DNA from: Oscillospiraceae bacterium
GTDB taxonomy: Bacteria; Bacillota; Clostridia; UBA1381; UBA9506
DNA: 64,000 nucleotides
Assembly (NCBI GenBank): GCA_015068905.1
Contig: SVJQ01000005.1
Location: 35,746 to 99,745 of the forward strand
Reading direction: 5' to 3'
Numbering within the stretch: position 1 is the first letter of the stretch; each line of letters opens with the position of its first letter. The position numbers and the translations under genes are program-made. This document shows, one piece after another, positions 55,259 through 64,000 of the stretch. Under the pieces are notes generated by a model. It was not told where the DNA came from and searched no databases. It saw nothing but the letters and a program-made list of their open reading frames with translations.

Positions 55259-56211
55259 ATATACTAATTTTGAGCGCTGGAACAAGAAACAAAATTGTCC
55301 AGTATTTTAAGCAAAACGTCGGCGAAGGTGGGGTAGTTATTGCAACAGATATGAGCACCCTGGCTCCCGCGCTCTACGAGGCAGACAAGCATTATATTGT
55401 TCCCAGAATGACAGCGCCCGAATATATTGATGTGATTTTAGATATTTGTAAAAAAGAAAAAATCTTTGGTGTTTTAAGCTTAATTGACCCCGAATTGAGT
55501 CTCCTTGCGAAAAATGCTGATAAATTTAAGGCGCTAGGAACCACCGTAATTGGCTCTTCTTATGAGCTTTGCGAAATGGCTCTTGACAAGATGCAGATGT
55601 TTAACTGGCTCATGGCGAATGGCTACAAATGCGCTATGTCCTATATGGATAAAGAGGCGTTTTATCGGGATGTTGAAAACAGCATCATAGACTTTCCTGT
55701 TTTTGTGAAACCGGCAAGGGGTAGTGCGAGCATTGCGATTTCAAAAGTGTATGACAAAGAAACGGTTGATCTTTTGTTTGCCCACAGCGATGGACTGATG
55801 ATTCAGGAGTTTTTGGATGGTCAGGAAATTGGTGCTGATGTCTATATTGATATGGTATCCGGCGAGGTTGTTTCTATCTTTACAAAAAAGAAAATAGTTA
55901 TGCGTGCCGGAGAAACAGACAAGGCAGTTTCCTTTAAGGATGAAAAGCTGTTTGTGTTAATTGAAAACTTTGTTAAGAAAACCGGATACAGAGGCCAGAT
56001 TGATATTGATATTTTTGAAGTAGATGGTGAGTATTATATCTCAGAAGTGAATCCCCGGTTTGGTGGTGGCTATCCTCATGCCTATGAATGTGGATGTAAT
56101 CATATGAGGCTGATTTGTAACAATCTTGTGGGAAACATTAATGAAAAGAAATTTGGAGAATATGATGAAGGCATATATATGATGAAATATAACGAATTGA
56201 AGATTATGTGA
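55255..56211 (+). CDS. ATP-grasp domain protein (carboxylate-amine ligase type)
   Basis: FPVFVKPARGSAS, IQEFLDG.E and EVNPRFGGGYP motifs. ATGA overlap with the GNAT gene. Confidence 0.8.
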   Translation: MNILILSAGTRNKIVQYFKQNVGEGGVVIATDMSTLAPALYEADKHYIVPRMTAPEYIDVILDICKKEKIFGVLSLIDPELSLLAKNADKFKALGTTVIGSSYELCEMALDKMQMFNWLMANGYKCAMSYMDKEAFYRDVENSIIDFPVFVKPARGSASIAISKVYDKETVDLLFAHSDGLMIQEFLDGQEIGADVYIDMVSGEVVSIFTKKKIVMRAGETDKAVSFKDEKLFVLIENFVKKTGYRGQIDIDIFEVDGEYYISEVNPRFGGGYPHAYECGCNHMRLICNNLVGNINEKKFGEYDEGIYMMKYNELKIM

Positions 56212-56222
56212 GGTGAGGGGAA

Positions 56223-57500
56223 ATGAAAAATATTAGGTATTACGTTTATTGGTTCCTTGATCTAATCAAAGGTGGCAAGGTCAAAAAGAATTTTGACGAA
56301 ATTCAACAATTACTACAAAATGACGATATTAAACAATGGCAAGATAAAAAAATACAACAGTTGCTTACGTTTGCATCAGAACACTGCTCTTTTTATAAAA
56401 ACTATGACCAATATTCAGATTTTTCTCAGATTCCTATTATTGATAAGAGCGTTGTAAAAACCAATTATGAAGATCTATTTGCAAAGTGCTATGATAAAAA
56501 GACTTTGCATGTAATGTCAACCAGCGGATCTACAGGAACGCCTTTTGCGATATATCAAAATCCGGAAAAGAGAAATAGGGTTTTGGCGGAGCTAATATAT
56601 TTTAATAGTATTATTGGCCAGAATATAGGAGATAAATTTATTTTTTACAGAGTCTGGACGGACAAAAACAGGAAATCTAAGTTGGAGCAAATTAAGCAAA
56701 ATTTAATGCCGATTGACATTCTTCGTTTAGATGAGGCTAATCTGCAATACATTATTGATGTGCTTTTGAAAGATAAAAAGATAAAATCAACTCTTGCGTA
56801 TGCTTCTACATATGATATGATTCTGCATTATCTAAATGACAAACAGATAAGAGGTAATTTTCATCTTAAAGCTATGGTAAGTAGTTCTGAAGTGTTGACA
56901 GACGAAACGCGCGATGGTCTGGAGAGCATGATTGGTTGCAAAGTGATTAACCGTTATTCCAACCAGGAATGTGGTGTGATTGCCCAAAGCAATTTGGCAA
57001 GTAACAGTATGCAGATAAATTCCGCTTCTTATTATGTTGAAGTTTTGCGGACAGGTAGCGATGAGCCTGTTACAAAGGGAGAGGTGGGCAGAATAGTTGT
57101 TACGGATTTGTTTAACTATGCAATGCCACTCATTCGCTATGACACGGGCGATTTGGGAATTTTATCTGAAGACGGTAAAGGCTTTGAAACCATTTCCGGT
57201 CGTCGGGTCGATTTGATTTACGATACAAGCGGCAGACCGCTAACGCCTCATACATGGAGCGTTTATATGTGGAAATATGACCGCTTGAAGCAATATCAGT
57301 TTATTCAGAATGAAAAAAATGATTATTTGCTGAAAGTAAACGGTGCAGACGGAATATATACAGAGGAGGACTTTAAAGCAACCCTCAAAGGCGTTTTAGG
57401 CGAGGACGCGAATATTACAGTAGAGTATGTAGATGAAATTCCAGTTTTAGCTTCCGGCAAATTTAAAAAGACAATATGTAATTATGACCCAAAAGTCTAA
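56223..57500 (+). CDS. adenylate-forming enzyme, phenylacetate-CoA ligase / CapK-like family
   Basis: STSGSTGTPF AMP-binding P-loop. RYDTGD and GKFKK near the C-terminus. Confidence 0.75.
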   Translation: MKNIRYYVYWFLDLIKGGKVKKNFDEIQQLLQNDDIKQWQDKKIQQLLTFASEHCSFYKNYDQYSDFSQIPIIDKSVVKTNYEDLFAKCYDKKTLHVMSTSGSTGTPFAIYQNPEKRNRVLAELIYFNSIIGQNIGDKFIFYRVWTDKNRKSKLEQIKQNLMPIDILRLDEANLQYIIDVLLKDKKIKSTLAYASTYDMILHYLNDKQIRGNFHLKAMVSSSEVLTDETRDGLESMIGCKVINRYSNQECGVIAQSNLASNSMQINSASYYVEVLRTGSDEPVTKGEVGRIVVTDLFNYAMPLIRYDTGDLGILSEDGKGFETISGRRVDLIYDTSGRPLTPHTWSVYMWKYDRLKQYQFIQNEKNDYLLKVNGADGIYTEEDFKATLKGVLGEDANITVEYVDEIPVLASGKFKKTICNYDPKV

Positions 57501-57513
57501 AGGGGATAGTTTG

Positions 57514-58632
57514 ATGAAAATCTTATATATAACAACTATTGGCGGCACGATGAATTTTTTTCGAGAAATGACTAAAAGCCTGATTGATGCAGGGCATTGT
57601 GTCGATATTGCCTGTAGCAACCTTGGTTTGGGTGTTCCTGAATATTTTAAAGAACTTGGTTGTCAATATCATTGCCTTTCAGTTTCTCGTTCTCCGCTGG
57701 ACATGGGGAATGTAAAAGCAATTTGTGAAATCAAAAAGCTTGTTAAAGAAAATGGTTATGACATTGTTCACTGCCATACCCCTATTGCAGCGGCTTGTAC
57801 AAGAGTTGCCTGCAGAGGCCTGAGGAAGAAGGGAGTCAAGGTTTTTTATACAGCTCACGGTTTTCATTTTTATGATGGCGCGCCTCTTAAAAACTGGTTG
57901 GTTTACTATCCGGTTGAAAAATTGTGTGCTCGTTTTACCGATGTCTTAATCACCATAAATCAGGAAGATTATAAGAGAGCACAGAAAAAATTAAAAGCCA
58001 AAAAAGTTGTTTATGTCCCCGGCGTAGGGATGAATCTGGAAAGATTTGATGTGCCCGAATGTGAACAAGCAGAGAAAAGAAAGGAACTTGGAATTCCTAA
58101 TAATGCAACAGTTTTGCTTTCGGTTGGTGAAGTGAATGCTAATAAAAATCAACAGGTCATTATCAAGGCTATGGCGCAGCTTAAAAAAGATAATGTTTAC
58201 TATTTGATTGCCGGAAATGGCAATCAAATGGATGTATTACAGAATTTGGCAGAATCCTTGAATCTTGGTAATAGGGTACATTTACTTGGCTTTAGAAAGG
58301 ATATCCCTGACCTTTGTGCTGCATCTGATATATTCTGTTTTCCCTCTAAAAGAGAGGGTTTAGGTTTAGCTTCGCTAGAAGCGATGGCTTGTGGATTGCC
58401 GATTTTAACATCTAATGTTCATGGCATCAATGATTACAGTGAAAATGGCGTTACGGGCTACAAATATCCGCCTTGTGATGTGGCGGGTTTTGCGGAAGGC
58501 ATTATGAAACTGATTTCCGAACCTGAGACTTGCATAAGGATGGGAGAATATAATCGGAAAGCGGTCAAGAAATATAGTATTCAGAATGTTTTGCCAATCA
58601 TGCAGGCACTATATGATAAAAAAGGAATTTGA
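57514..58632 (+). CDS. glycosyltransferase family 4
   Basis: GT-B fold features. C-terminal E(x7)E-type region SKREGLGLASLEAMACGLP. Confidence 0.85.
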   Translation: MKILYITTIGGTMNFFREMTKSLIDAGHCVDIACSNLGLGVPEYFKELGCQYHCLSVSRSPLDMGNVKAICEIKKLVKENGYDIVHCHTPIAAACTRVACRGLRKKGVKVFYTAHGFHFYDGAPLKNWLVYYPVEKLCARFTDVLITINQEDYKRAQKKLKAKKVVYVPGVGMNLERFDVPECEQAEKRKELGIPNNATVLLSVGEVNANKNQQVIIKAMAQLKKDNVYYLIAGNGNQMDVLQNLAESLNLGNRVHLLGFRKDIPDLCAASDIFCFPSKREGLGLASLEAMACGLPILTSNVHGINDYSENGVTGYKYPPCDVAGFAEGIMKLISEPETCIRMGEYNRKAVKKYSIQNVLPIMQALYDKKGI

Positions 58633-58696
58633 TTTGTATGGTATGTAATTTTTTATCTATGTAGTTTTGATTTATTTGTGTTCGGGGTGAATTTTG

Positions 58697-59779
58697 ATGG
58701 TAGAAATGGGTAGAATAGAAAGTTTGTTCTTATACCTGGTTATATATATTACATCGGCGTACTTCATGTCTAAAAGCAATGTGATTGAGAAGAAGAAGCC
58801 TGATATATACATGATTGTTGCTGTTTTGCTGCCGGTGTTGCTTGCAGCGAAACGATATTATGTAGGGACAGATTACGAAAGCTATTATTATATGTACAGG
58901 CGAATGTCCCGAACTAGCTTTCGCACCTGGGTGGCGAATGAAATGTCATTAGAAGGAACGCCTTTTGGTATTTGGTTTGTGGCTCGTATTGCATTCCAGT
59001 TTCGCTCATATGAAATGTTTTATGGTTTGCTTGCAGCGATTATATATGTGCCTACAGCGTTGGTTTTGAAAAAACAATATCCTAAAGATATTTCTTTTCT
59101 TGCAATTTTGATGCTTTTGACCGGTCAGTTTACCACCGGTTTTAACATTACTAAGCAGGTTGCGGCAGTTGTTATGTTAATAGCGGGTCTGCAATATGTT
59201 CATGAAAGAAAGTTTTGGAAATTTGCTCTATTTTTGTTTTTAGCTTTTTGTTTCCATCCTTCGGCACTCATTGCGGCACCGATTTATTTTTTATGGAAGC
59301 CAAAAGATGCTGCTTTCAGCTTTAAAAGGACTGTTTTTATTTTAGGTTGTATTGTCTTTATCAATTTTCTACCTCAATTTTTGACAGCCTTAGGTGGCAG
59401 ATTTGAAAGCTACACTGCCTATACTGATGAAATTTCGAACAGAAGTTTTTACATGAATGCAGGTTGGGTTGTCTTTTTTTTCCTTATGCGGAGAAAATAT
59501 ATAGAGTTTGACAAACGAAACGATTTGTATGTTACCATGGTTTTGATAGGGTTGATTTTAAATGTTTCCGGGTTTTCATCACCCTATGTCAAGCGAATTG
59601 CAATGTACTATAGTTTTCCGCAGTCTTTTCTGATTTTTCAGATACCTTACCTTTTTGATACAGAAGAGAAGCCATTGTTTAAGGCACTGGTATTTATATA
59701 TACGATTGCCATGTTCGTTATAAATTTTTATGTGTTAGAATTTTCTGACATTATACCCTATGCTTATGGAGGTGTTTGA
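58697..59779 (+). CDS. EpsG family membrane protein (Wzy-like polymerase candidate)
   Basis: Polytopic protein with an early GTDY.SY motif typical of EpsG. Confidence 0.7.
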   Translation: MVEMGRIESLFLYLVIYITSAYFMSKSNVIEKKKPDIYMIVAVLLPVLLAAKRYYVGTDYESYYYMYRRMSRTSFRTWVANEMSLEGTPFGIWFVARIAFQFRSYEMFYGLLAAIIYVPTALVLKKQYPKDISFLAILMLLTGQFTTGFNITKQVAAVVMLIAGLQYVHERKFWKFALFLFLAFCFHPSALIAAPIYFLWKPKDAAFSFKRTVFILGCIVFINFLPQFLTALGGRFESYTAYTDEISNRSFYMNAGWVVFFFLMRRKYIEFDKRNDLYVTMVLIGLILNVSGFSSPYVKRIAMYYSFPQSFLIFQIPYLFDTEEKPLFKALVFIYTIAMFVINFYVLEFSDIIPYAYGGV

Positions 59780-59781
59780 TT

Positions 59782-60777
59782 ATGCCAAAATTCAGCGTGA
59801 TTGTGCCAATTTATAAGGTAGAGGCCTATTTGTGCCAATGTATTAAAAGTGTTTTAAATCAAAGCTTTAAGGATTTTGAACTGATTTTAGTTGATGACGG
59901 CTCGCCGGATAATTGTCCAATGATTTGTGATGAATATGCCGGAAAAGATAATCGCATCAAAGTGATACATAAAGAAAACGGTGGTTTGGTCAGTGCCCGC
60001 ATTGCCGGAGCCAAATTGGCGGTAGGTGACTATGTTTGTTGTTTAGACGGGGATGATTGGCTCCACTCACAGTATTTTGAAACGCTTATCTCTGTTATTG
60101 ATAAGTATGAACCAGATGTAGTATGTTTTGGTTTTTATTACGCATACGAAGATGAAACGTACATAAAGAAACCGTTATCCTATAAATTTGGATATTATAA
60201 TAGGCAAGATATTGAAAAAAATATTTTTCCCTTTCTGCTGCAGGATGTTAATGGTCGTTATTTTTCTCCGAATGTATGGGGAAAGGCGTTTAAAAGAGAT
60301 TTGTATGTGCAAGAGCAACTTCTGATTCATCCGCAAATTAAGATTGGTGAAGATATTGCTTGCACTACGTCGTGCGTATATCGTGCCGAGTCTATATATA
60401 TCTTACCGGATTGTTTATATTATTATCGGCAGAACATGGCGGCAATGACAAAAGAAAAAAAAGCTTTTGACTCTATGGGACCAAAACTCATTTTTACGCA
60501 TCAGCAAAATAGAATTAATCTGGACGAGTATGATTTTCACGAGCAGTCCTATCGTTCTACGGTTCATTTGCTATTTAATGCTGTTGTCAGTCAATTTCAT
60601 AGAAAGGAATCGTATTTTCTGATTTGCCGTGATATTAAAACATATTTAAATGATCCGGTTTATGTAGAAGCGATTCAAGGGGCAAGGTTTAAAAGTCTGT
60701 CAGGCAGAATGGCGCATTTTGCATTAAAATACAAGCTTTTTTGGCTTATGAAACTTTGGAGCATCTTTAAAAATTAA
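59782..60777 (+). CDS. glycosyltransferase family 2
   Basis: SVIVPIYKVE.YL..C..S...Q and LVDDGSPD, with DGDD as the DxD motif. Confidence 0.85.
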   Translation: MPKFSVIVPIYKVEAYLCQCIKSVLNQSFKDFELILVDDGSPDNCPMICDEYAGKDNRIKVIHKENGGLVSARIAGAKLAVGDYVCCLDGDDWLHSQYFETLISVIDKYEPDVVCFGFYYAYEDETYIKKPLSYKFGYYNRQDIEKNIFPFLLQDVNGRYFSPNVWGKAFKRDLYVQEQLLIHPQIKIGEDIACTTSCVYRAESIYILPDCLYYYRQNMAAMTKEKKAFDSMGPKLIFTHQQNRINLDEYDFHEQSYRSTVHLLFNAVVSQFHRKESYFLICRDIKTYLNDPVYVEAIQGARFKSLSGRMAHFALKYKLFWLMKLWSIFKN

Positions 60778-60813
60778 GATTTTATAAACAAATATGATTG
60801 ATTAGGAGGCACG

Positions 60814-61629
60814 ATGCTCATGATACCTAAAATTATACATTATTGCTGGTTTGGCGGCAATCCACTTCCTGAGTTAACACAAAAATGCATTGCAAGCTGG
60901 AAAAAGCATTGTCCTGATTATGAAATTATTGAATGGAATGAGAGTAATTTTGATATTCATTGCTGTGACTATGTTCAGGAAGCATATGAAGCAAAAAAAT
61001 GGGCATTTGTTTCTGATGTTGCAAGATTATTTGCATTAGTCAACTATGGTGGTATTTATATGGATACAGATGTTGAAGTGCTAAAACCGCTGGATAATCT
61101 TTTGTCCTATGAAGCTTTTTCCGGTTTTGAAGCTGTTGACCGCATCACTACCGGTATTATGGCGTGTTGTAAAGATCAACCTCTCTTTACAGAATTTTAT
61201 GAAAGCTACAAAGATGACCATTTTCTTAGAGAGGACGGTACTATGGATACAACTACCAATGTTACCCGGATTACGGATGCTTGTCTGAAATATGGTGTAC
61301 AGCTCAATAACACTATGCAAACCGTTAATGGGTTGACATTGTTCCCTAAGGACTATTTTTGCCCAAAAGATTTCTATAGTGGTGGGCTTTCCATAACCGA
61401 TAATAGCTATACAATTCACCATTATGATGGTTCTTGGCTTGATGATGAAGAAAAAGAAGCGCAGAAGTTAAGAGAAAAATATGCAAAGGTTTTACCCTAT
61501 CGTTTAGCCGGTATTTTTTCAAGAATTATTGTTATTTTAAAGTTTCATGGTTTTGTTGGCGTATTGAAGGAAGGCTATCACCGTATTCGTGTCGTATTGA
61601 AAACGAATAATAAGAGTGGGGTGAATTAA
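60814..61629 (+). CDS. glycosyltransferase family 32-like (DXD sugar transferase)
   Basis: IPKIIHYCWFGG.P, FVSDVARL and GGIYMDTDVE motifs. Confidence 0.8.
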   Translation: MLMIPKIIHYCWFGGNPLPELTQKCIASWKKHCPDYEIIEWNESNFDIHCCDYVQEAYEAKKWAFVSDVARLFALVNYGGIYMDTDVEVLKPLDNLLSYEAFSGFEAVDRITTGIMACCKDQPLFTEFYESYKDDHFLREDGTMDTTTNVTRITDACLKYGVQLNNTMQTVNGLTLFPKDYFCPKDFYSGGLSITDNSYTIHHYDGSWLDDEEKEAQKLREKYAKVLPYRLAGIFSRIIVILKFHGFVGVLKEGYHRIRVVLKTNNKSGVN

Positions 61630-61635
61630 CAAGAA

Positions 61636-63078
61636 ATGGCGCACGAGCGAAAATCCAATTACTTGTTGAAAAATATATTTTTATTTTTTATATCGAGTTT
61701 TCTGCCGAAAGCAATTACTTTTTTTATGGTTCCTCTATATACATATTGTTTATCAACTGAACAATATGGAACAATTGATTTGTTAACCACAACCATACAA
61801 TTGCTGTTACCTTTTTTTACACTTCAAATACAAGATGCTGTGTTGCGTTTTTCGCTGGATAAGAACTACGATTCCGGAGAAATTTTTACAACAGCATTAA
61901 GAATTGTTTTGGCAGGAAGCGGGTTACTTGTCTGTTTTTGCGCTTTTGGGAAACTGTTGAATTTTATACAACTTGATACAACATATCTTATTATGTTTTT
62001 ACTTTTGTTTTTCACAAACGCTATTAACATTATTACTTCATATTTTTGCCGTGGTATTGACAAAATTAGAATTTTAACTATCAGTAATGTTTTACATATT
62101 TTGTCAACAGTCCTTTGCAATCTATTATTTTTATTGGTGTTTAAGTGGTCCATTTTTGGATACTTATTGGCAATGTTAATAGGAAATATAACAGGTTTTT
62201 TAATTTTGTTTTTCGGGGCTAAATTGTACCAATATATGCATTTCTCTGTGTATAATAAAACCTTGTTGAAAAAAATTATCATGTTTAGTGTTCCTATGAT
62301 TTTTAGTGCTTTGTCTTGGTGGATCAATACATCGTTAGACAAATATATTTTAGAATATTATTCAGGGACTGCGGCAGTTGGACTTTTGGCGATCGCCTAT
62401 AAAATTCCTTCAATTATCTTTCTGTTTGGTACAGCGATTGCAAATGCTTATGCGATTTCAGCCATAAAAGATTTTGATAAAAATGATTCAGATGGCTTTT
62501 TAGGTTCAAGCTATACCATGATTAATATAGTTTTCACAATAGCATGTTCTTTTTTGATGACAATTAATGTTTTTGTATCACATATATTATTTTCAAAAGA
62601 ATTTTTTGTTGCTTGGAAATTAGTTCCGCCCTTGCTGATTTCGGCTGTTTATAACCAGCTCTCTCTCACCTGTGAGCAATATTATATTGCTATGAAGAAG
62701 ACCAAAATAATATCCGTTACTGCTATTGCAGGTGCTGCAATAAATATGGTTGCTAATTTTTTGCTGATTCCAAAATTTAGCGCTTATGGTGCGGCAGCTG
62801 CAACCGCTTTTAGTTTTTTTGTTGTATGGTTGATTCGCTACTGTGTTTTGGTGAAGTATATAAAGCTACAACACAGCTTTCTTGCTGAGTGTGCATCATA
62901 TTTTTTTCTGTTTATACAGCTGCTTTTGGGAATTTATGGAACACAATATGTTTTATATCAAGGATTGATTTGTCTTTGCATTGTTGGAATTTATGCTAAA
63001 CCTCTTTATGGTTATGTACTTGCAGGGTATGCTCGCATATCCCGTATGTTAAAAAAGACTAACGAGGAGATATCATGA
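61636..63078 (+). CDS. oligosaccharide flippase (Wzx, MOP superfamily)
   Basis: About 12-14 TM, 480 aa, in a polysaccharide-locus context. Confidence 0.75.
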   Translation: MAHERKSNYLLKNIFLFFISSFLPKAITFFMVPLYTYCLSTEQYGTIDLLTTTIQLLLPFFTLQIQDAVLRFSLDKNYDSGEIFTTALRIVLAGSGLLVCFCAFGKLLNFIQLDTTYLIMFLLLFFTNAINIITSYFCRGIDKIRILTISNVLHILSTVLCNLLFLLVFKWSIFGYLLAMLIGNITGFLILFFGAKLYQYMHFSVYNKTLLKKIIMFSVPMIFSALSWWINTSLDKYILEYYSGTAAVGLLAIAYKIPSIIFLFGTAIANAYAISAIKDFDKNDSDGFLGSSYTMINIVFTIACSFLMTINVFVSHILFSKEFFVAWKLVPPLLISAVYNQLSLTCEQYYIAMKKTKIISVTAIAGAAINMVANFLLIPKFSAYGAAAATAFSFFVVWLIRYCVLVKYIKLQHSFLAECASYFFLFIQLLLGIYGTQYVLYQGLICLCIVGIYAKPLYGYVLAGYARISRMLKKTNEEIS

Positions 63079-64000
63079 GCACACTAGAAAACTTATTTTT
63101 ATCACAACTTCGTACGTTATTTGTGTGCGAAGCTAAGCCAGAAAACAAAATAGATGTTCCTTGTCCCGAAGTATTCTCTGAATTGTTGCGTTTATCAACA
63201 CGGCATTCTGTAACGCCATTAATCGCTGAAAGTTTATCTCGCCATGGTTTTTTAACCGAGGAAGACGTAGCAGAATCATATCGTCATATATCATATCGTT
63301 CGTTTATTAAGTGGCAGCAACAGGAAATAGAACTACAAAAGGTGACAGCCCTTTTTGAAACACATTACATTCATTACATGCCTTTAAAGGGTGCTGTTTT
63401 ACGTAATTTTTATCCGGAAGCCTGGATGCGTACCAGTTGTGATATTGATATTTTAGTGCAAGAAGAACAACTTAGTGCAGCCCGAAAAGTGTTGATTGAG
63501 GAACTTGGTTATCGTGAAGATAACAAAACTGATCACGATGTGATGCTGATTGCGCCAAACGGGGTGCAGCTTGAATTGCATTATGATTTTTCTGAAAAAC
63601 AGGTTTCGACCTCTGATGTATGGGCAACAGCTCATCACAATGAGGGAAGCTATCGTTATGAAATGTCGCCGGAGTGGTTTTATCTGCATCATCTGGCGCA
63701 TATGGCGAAACACTTTGTTTTGGGTGGCTGCGGAATCAGAACCTTCATTGACCTGTGGCTAATGAAGAAAAATATGCCTTATGATGAAGAACGGTTAAAT
63801 GAGATGCTCAGACAGTGTGAACTGCTTTTGTTTGCGGAAAATATGTTGGCACTAGTGTCAGACTGGATGGCAGGAAAAGACTTAACAGATATACAAAAGC
63901 AGATTTTAGAGTTTGTTTTAACTGGCGGCACATATGGCGTTTTAGATAACCGGGTTGCTGTTAGTCACAGCCGTAAACAGAATTTTTTGCTATATGTTTT
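63075..64000 (+). CDS. nucleotidyltransferase family protein (uncharacterised NTP_transf_5-like), 3' end outside window; not in the ORF track
   Basis: My own translation from the ATG at 63075 (ATGA overlap with wzx) is MSTLENLF...MPLKGAVLRNFYPEAWMRTSCDIDILV...LELHYDF. Open to the window end. Confidence 0.6.
   Translation, partial: MSTLENLFLSQLRTLFVCEAKPENKIDVPCPEVFSELLRLSTRHSVTPLIAESLSRHGFLTEEDVAESYRHISYRSFIKWQQQEIELQKVTALFETHYIHYMPLKGAVLRNFYPEAWMRTSCDIDILVQEEQLSAARKVLIEELGYREDNKTDHDVMLIAPNGVQLELHYDFSEKQVSTSDVWATAHHNEGSYRYEMSPEWFYLHHLAHMAKHFVLGGCGIRTFIDLWLMKKNMPYDEERLNEMLRQCELLLFAENMLALVSDWMAGKDLTDIQKQILEFVLTGGTYGVLDNRVAVSHSRKQNFLLYV

Overview
The window looks like a chromosomal segment of a spore-forming Bacillota (Clostridia-type) genome, dominated by conserved housekeeping genes. 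In order: rpmE-secG, efp, trmB; a purine-salvage block (two PRT genes plus a BMP-type nucleoside ABC importer); rpsU; yybS-gdpP-rplI-dnaB; tilS-hpt-ftsH; hisS-aspS; a GldA/F/G-like ABC module; sigK (uninterrupted); two tRNA-Ser genes; rubrerythrin. On the minus strand: queA, an RpiR regulator, prs, a GlmU fragment, a DnaI-like and a DnaD-like gene, rpsO and veg. Then yceD-rpmF, der-plsY-gpsA, ftsY, rplS-lepB-rbgA-rnhB-yraN and an aminotransferase. From about 52.8 kb to the window end there is an AT-richer (judged by eye) surface-polysaccharide locus.

I found no rRNA, CRISPR array, transposase, integrase or recognisable defence system. The stretches housekeeping annotation does not explain are:
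1. A DUF559 endonuclease gene enclosed by long hairpin-rich terminal inverted repeats (3597-4218), with an ORF-less miniature copy 7 kb away (11273-11450) whose hairpin shows compensatory substitutions.
2. A 224/225-bp tandem repeat that starts inside the T-loop of tRNA-Ser(GCU), regenerates the tRNA 3' end plus a terminator in every unit, and is itself a patchwork of tRNA-Ser-like pieces (32572-33114).
3. An unannotated 37-codon hydrophobic peptide gene with a perfect consensus promoter next to that repeat (33146-33259).
4. A stand-alone GlmU acetyltransferase domain.
5. A GNAT / ATP-grasp / adenylate-forming trio inside the polysaccharide locus.

All calls come from reading the sequence and the supplied translations and from family knowledge. 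No database search, HMM, folding or statistics was run. Start codons were adjusted by eye using RBS spacing, and coordinates include the stop codon.
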